In this document: positions 61,001 through 64,000 of the stretch, piece by piece
Layout: the number at the start of each line of letters is the position of its first letter
Numbering within the stretch: the first letter of the stretch is position 1
Source: an uncultured Holophagales bacterium
GTDB taxonomy: Bacteria > Acidobacteriota > Thermoanaerobaculia > Multivoradales > UBA5704
Assembly (NCBI GenBank): GCA_963842525.1
Contig: CAWJGT010000034.1
Location: 384,001-448,000, forward strand
Direction of reading: 5' to 3'
Length of the DNA: 64,000 nt
Translations under genes and position numbers: made by a program
Notes under the pieces: model-generated
What the model was told of the DNA's origin: nothing
The model's database searches: none
Seen by the model: only the letters and a program-made list of their open reading frames with translations

Positions 61001-61204
61001 GCGGTAGCCAGGCTGCTCGTCGAGCCTTCGAAACAGGTTGTCAAAGAAGCGGATCAGGCTGCGATTGGTGTATCTGGCGGTGAAGATCCACTCACGGTCC
61101 CAGTGGTTGTGGGTGATGAGGTGGATGGTCCAACCGTCGAGAGCCCTGCGTTGGCTGCCCCGGGTTGCCTCGACCTGAGGCCCGTTGGCCATGATCGCTG
61201 TCAC
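58033..61204 (-). CDS. GH38 alpha-mannosidase (mannosylglycerate hydrolase MngB-like); frameshift near 59440
   Basis: HNHWDREW, FVLDGQT, SGEALVRN, DNFGQ, HDDVCGC, DAGDTYDYS, LRVLFPT, LTLLRAVGWL; AGGAGG before GTG 61204. Confidence 0.9.
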
Positions 61205-61414
61205 GAGTACCTCCTGAAAACTTCCATCTGCTCGGAGCGGCCTGAGAAAGCGGATGGCTCGCGCCCGCGCACTGCTGCGCCTCGGGATCGCGCCCCGTGA
61301 CCGGGAAGATCCGGACCGGAGAGGTTCAGCACAGCGTACCATGCAGACAGGAACTAGCTCGTGGAGAATGACGGACGCCCCCCCCCCGTGTGGTACCCTC
61401 GCTGAAAAAGGGAG

Positions 61415-63877
61415 GTGGAGGTGGAGATGGAGATATTATTGGGAAGAAGGGGCGCAGCTTGCCTGGGGCTTGCGCTATGGTTCGCCGCTGTGGTACCGGC
61501 CGCCGGACAGCCGGAGGTCCTGCTGGAAAAGCTCACCAACGGCCAGGATGCGGATTCCCCGCCGGGGCCTGTCCTTCTCGTGGGAGCTCCGGTGACCTGG
61601 ACCTACGTGGTGACCAACTCCGGGAGCCGGGACCTGACAAACATCGTTGTCACGGACGATCAGGCGGTGTCCGTGAGCTGCCCCGCGACCACGCTTCCGG
61701 CGGGCGAATCGTTCACCTGCACGGCCAGCGGCGTCGCCCAGGCGGGCCAGTACGCCAACATCGGCACGGTCACGGCCAGTCTTCCCAACGGCATGCAGGT
61801 CTCCGACTCCGATCCCAGCCACTACTTCGGTCAGGACCAGGCCGCGGTTACGTTGGAGAAATCCACCAATGGCTTCGATGCCGATACCGCGCCGGGGCCG
61901 TCCCTGCCGGTCGGCGCCGCGGTGACCTGGGAATACGCCGTCACGAACACCGGCACCGATCCGCTGTCCAACATCACCGTCAGCGACGACCAGGGGGTGC
62001 CGGTGAGCTGCCCCGCGACGGATCTGGCTGCCGGCGCGCCCATGACCTGTACCGCCAGCGGCATTGTGCAGCCGGGCCAGTACGCGAACGTCGGCTCCGT
62101 CACGGCTGAGCTGCCCGGTGGCGCCCTGGTTGCCGCCTCCGATCCCAGCCACTACTACGGCCAGGTACTGCTGCTCGAAAAGGCGACCAACGGCCAGGAC
62201 GCCGATCTGCCGCCCGGCCCGACCCTCGATGCCGGCGCTGCCGTCGCCTGGACTTATGTCGTCACCAACCCGGGGCCGGCGGCGGTGACCGGGCTGTCGG
62301 TGACCGACGACCAGGGAGTGGCGGTGAGCTGCCCGGCCACCACCCTGGCGGCGGGGGAGTCGGTCACCTGTACCGGCAACGGCATTGCCCAGCCCGGCCA
62401 GTACACCAACGTCGGCACGGCGACCGCCCTCCTGCCTGCCGGCGGCACCGTCTCGGCCTCTGACCCCAGCCACTACGTCGGCCTGGTCGTCCGCCTGGAG
62501 AAGGCGACCAACGGCCAGGACGCCGACCTGCCGCCCGGCCCGGTCCTGGCCCCGGGCGCGCCGGTCGCCTGGACCTATGTGGTCACCAATCTTGGGGCGG
62601 ATGCGCTCACGGGTGTGAGTGTCACCGACGACCAGGGAGTGACGGTCACCTGCCCGGCGGCGACGCTGGCAGCCGCCGATTCGATGACCTGCACCGCCAC
62701 TGGCGTGGCAGGGCCGGGCCAGTACACCAATGTGGGGACGGTCACGGCTACCCATCCGGCCCTGGGAGCCGTTGCCGATTCAGACCCCAGCCACTACTTC
62801 GGTCAGGACCAGACCCTCGATTTCGGCGACGCGCCGGACCCGGCATATCCCACCCTCTTCGTTGCGGGCGGGGCGCGCCACCTCCTGGGCTCTGCCGTTT
62901 ATCTGGGCGCATGTGTGGACGCGGAGCTGGACGGTCAGCCGTCGGCCGGGTTGGACGGCGACGACACGGCCACCGGGACCTCGGCGTTCGGCATCTGCAC
63001 TGTGGCTGGCGACGACGAGGATGGCGTGGCCTTCACCTCGGCGCTGATTCAAGGCTCGACCGCGAGCGTCGACCTGACGGCCAATGCGGCCTGTACGCTG
63101 TCGGCCTGGATCGATTTCAACGGCGACGGCGATTGGGCCGACGCCGGTGAGAGCCTGTTCCCGGGCGGCATGGCCTTGGCGGCGGGCACCAACCCGCTGA
63201 GCTTCGCCGTGCCGGCCTCGGCCGTGCCGGGTACCACCGCAGCGCGTTTCCGCTGCACGACCGACGGCCAGGTGACGCTCGTCGGCGAGGCCTCCGATGG
63301 CGAGGTCGAGGACTACCCGGTCACGATCCTCTCCTCCCAGGCATCCGGCGTGGACGCCTCCAAGGCCGTGGCGCTGCTGGTCGATCAGAACGGAAACAGC
63401 GAGGCCAATCCGGGCGATACGCTGTCCTATACCGTGGTCCTCATCAACAACGGACCCGTGCCGGCCAACGGAGTCGTCTTCACCGATATGCCGGACCCCA
63501 ACACCGCCCTGGTCAACGGCTCGGTCACCACGACGGTCGGCACCGTGACCAGCGGCAACGGCCCGGGGGACTCGGCGGTCGGCGTTGCCGTTGGCACCCT
63601 CACCGCCAACGGCGGCACGGTGACGATCGCGTTTCAGGTGACGATCGATGATCCGCTGCCGGCGGGTGTGCAGCAGGTGGTCAACCAGGGGACCGCCTCT
63701 GGCAGCAACTTCGTCAGTGTTCCGACGGACGATCCGGCGCAGCCCGGGACTGCGGAACCGACGGCCATTGTCGTCGGTGCGCCGGCCGCTGAGATCCCGA
63801 CACTGAGCGAGTGGGGGCTGATGATGTTCCTGGCGCTGCTCGCCGGTCTCGGGGTCCGGAAGATCGTGATGGGGTAG
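61415..63877 (+). CDS. Surface protein: four DUF11/DUF7507-like repeats, GEVED domain, further DUF11 domain, IPTL-CTERM sorting signal
   Basis: 4x LEK.TNG.DAD..PGP...VTW.YVVTN.G...VTDDQ...CP...C...GQY.N; DFGDAP, AWIDFNGDGDW, GEVEDY; EIPTLSEWGLMMFLALL followed by RK. Confidence 0.92.
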   Translation: MEVEMEILLGRRGAACLGLALWFAAVVPAAGQPEVLLEKLTNGQDADSPPGPVLLVGAPVTWTYVVTNSGSRDLTNIVVTDDQAVSVSCPATTLPAGESFTCTASGVAQAGQYANIGTVTASLPNGMQVSDSDPSHYFGQDQAAVTLEKSTNGFDADTAPGPSLPVGAAVTWEYAVTNTGTDPLSNITVSDDQGVPVSCPATDLAAGAPMTCTASGIVQPGQYANVGSVTAELPGGALVAASDPSHYYGQVLLLEKATNGQDADLPPGPTLDAGAAVAWTYVVTNPGPAAVTGLSVTDDQGVAVSCPATTLAAGESVTCTGNGIAQPGQYTNVGTATALLPAGGTVSASDPSHYVGLVVRLEKATNGQDADLPPGPVLAPGAPVAWTYVVTNLGADALTGVSVTDDQGVTVTCPAATLAAADSMTCTATGVAGPGQYTNVGTVTATHPALGAVADSDPSHYFGQDQTLDFGDAPDPAYPTLFVAGGARHLLGSAVYLGACVDAELDGQPSAGLDGDDTATGTSAFGICTVAGDDEDGVAFTSALIQGSTASVDLTANAACTLSAWIDFNGDGDWADAGESLFPGGMALAAGTNPLSFAVPASAVPGTTAARFRCTTDGQVTLVGEASDGEVEDYPVTILSSQASGVDASKAVALLVDQNGNSEANPGDTLSYTVVLINNGPVPANGVVFTDMPDPNTALVNGSVTTTVGTVTSGNGPGDSAVGVAVGTLTANGGTVTIAFQVTIDDPLPAGVQQVVNQGTASGSNFVSVPTDDPAQPGTAEPTAIVVGAPAAEIPTLSEWGLMMFLALLAGLGVRKIVMG

Positions 63878-64000
63878 CCGCCCGCCCTTTGGAACGGTCA
63901 GTGGCCAGCGGCACCCGCCATCTGGCCCGCCATGCGGGCGAACGGCTCCGTCACTGCCTTCGTGCCAAAGGTCGCGTTCAATGAAGCTGTGGCTAAAACC

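Noticed and set aside
1648-61204. Many split genes (TIR, 5201 gene, propeller, CHAT, repeat protein, sigma-54 activator, SLC13, GH38) as pseudogenes or programmed frameshifts
   Set aside because: Single-base shifts are scattered across unrelated genes, two sets compensate (about 2500/2860 and about 3780), and no in-frame stops accumulate; sequencing indels are the simpler explanation
61500-62810. DNA-level ~330-bp repeats as a DGR template/variable pair
   Set aside because: Differences are not adenine-specific as far as visible, all copies are in-frame domains, and there is no reverse transcriptase in the window

Overview
GC-rich bacterial DNA. The gene content (IPTL-CTERM surface protein, TPR-CHAT protease, wHTH-STAND regulator, carboxypeptidase-regulatory-like repeat protein) suggests Acidobacteriota, probably Thermoanaerobaculia; this is inference only. 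About ten genes carry single-base frameshifts, two sets of them mutually compensating, which points to long-read indel errors rather than true pseudogenes. Layout: (1-3.5 kb) a wHTH/pseudo-cyclase/P-loop regulator divergent from a membrane TIR protein and a truncated ECF sigma factor, the latter two sharing a duplicated direct-repeat promoter; (3.4-22.6 kb) mostly housekeeping genes: amidase, lhgO, pdxH, YbhB, imuA-imuB without dnaE2, a 7TM histidine kinase, typA, M20 peptidase, Ntn-asparaginase and an orphan two-part antitoxin; (22.9-30.6 kb) cphB-cphA, a beta-propeller lipoprotein and an Asp/Glu racemase; (30.6-46 kb) an accessory island, the best candidate for an undescribed system: a ~21-bp periodic array, Ser/Thr kinase-CHASE2, an exported PDZ-TPR-CHAT protease, a cassette-like row of small secreted Cys-capped proteins with paired GTCTCA-N4-TGAGAC palindromes (three pairs) and two sigma-54 promoters, a large surface repeat protein and a GAF-AAA+-HTH sigma-54 activator; (46-64 kb) a NarL-type two-component pair, Pal, L,D-transpeptidase, a cation-chloride-cotransporter-like permease, a GH38-mpgS-mpgP-SLC13 mannosylglycerate operon and a DUF11/GEVED/IPTL-CTERM protein. 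No rRNA, tRNA, CRISPR array, transposase or integrase was recognised. All family calls come from motif recognition by eye, not from database searches.
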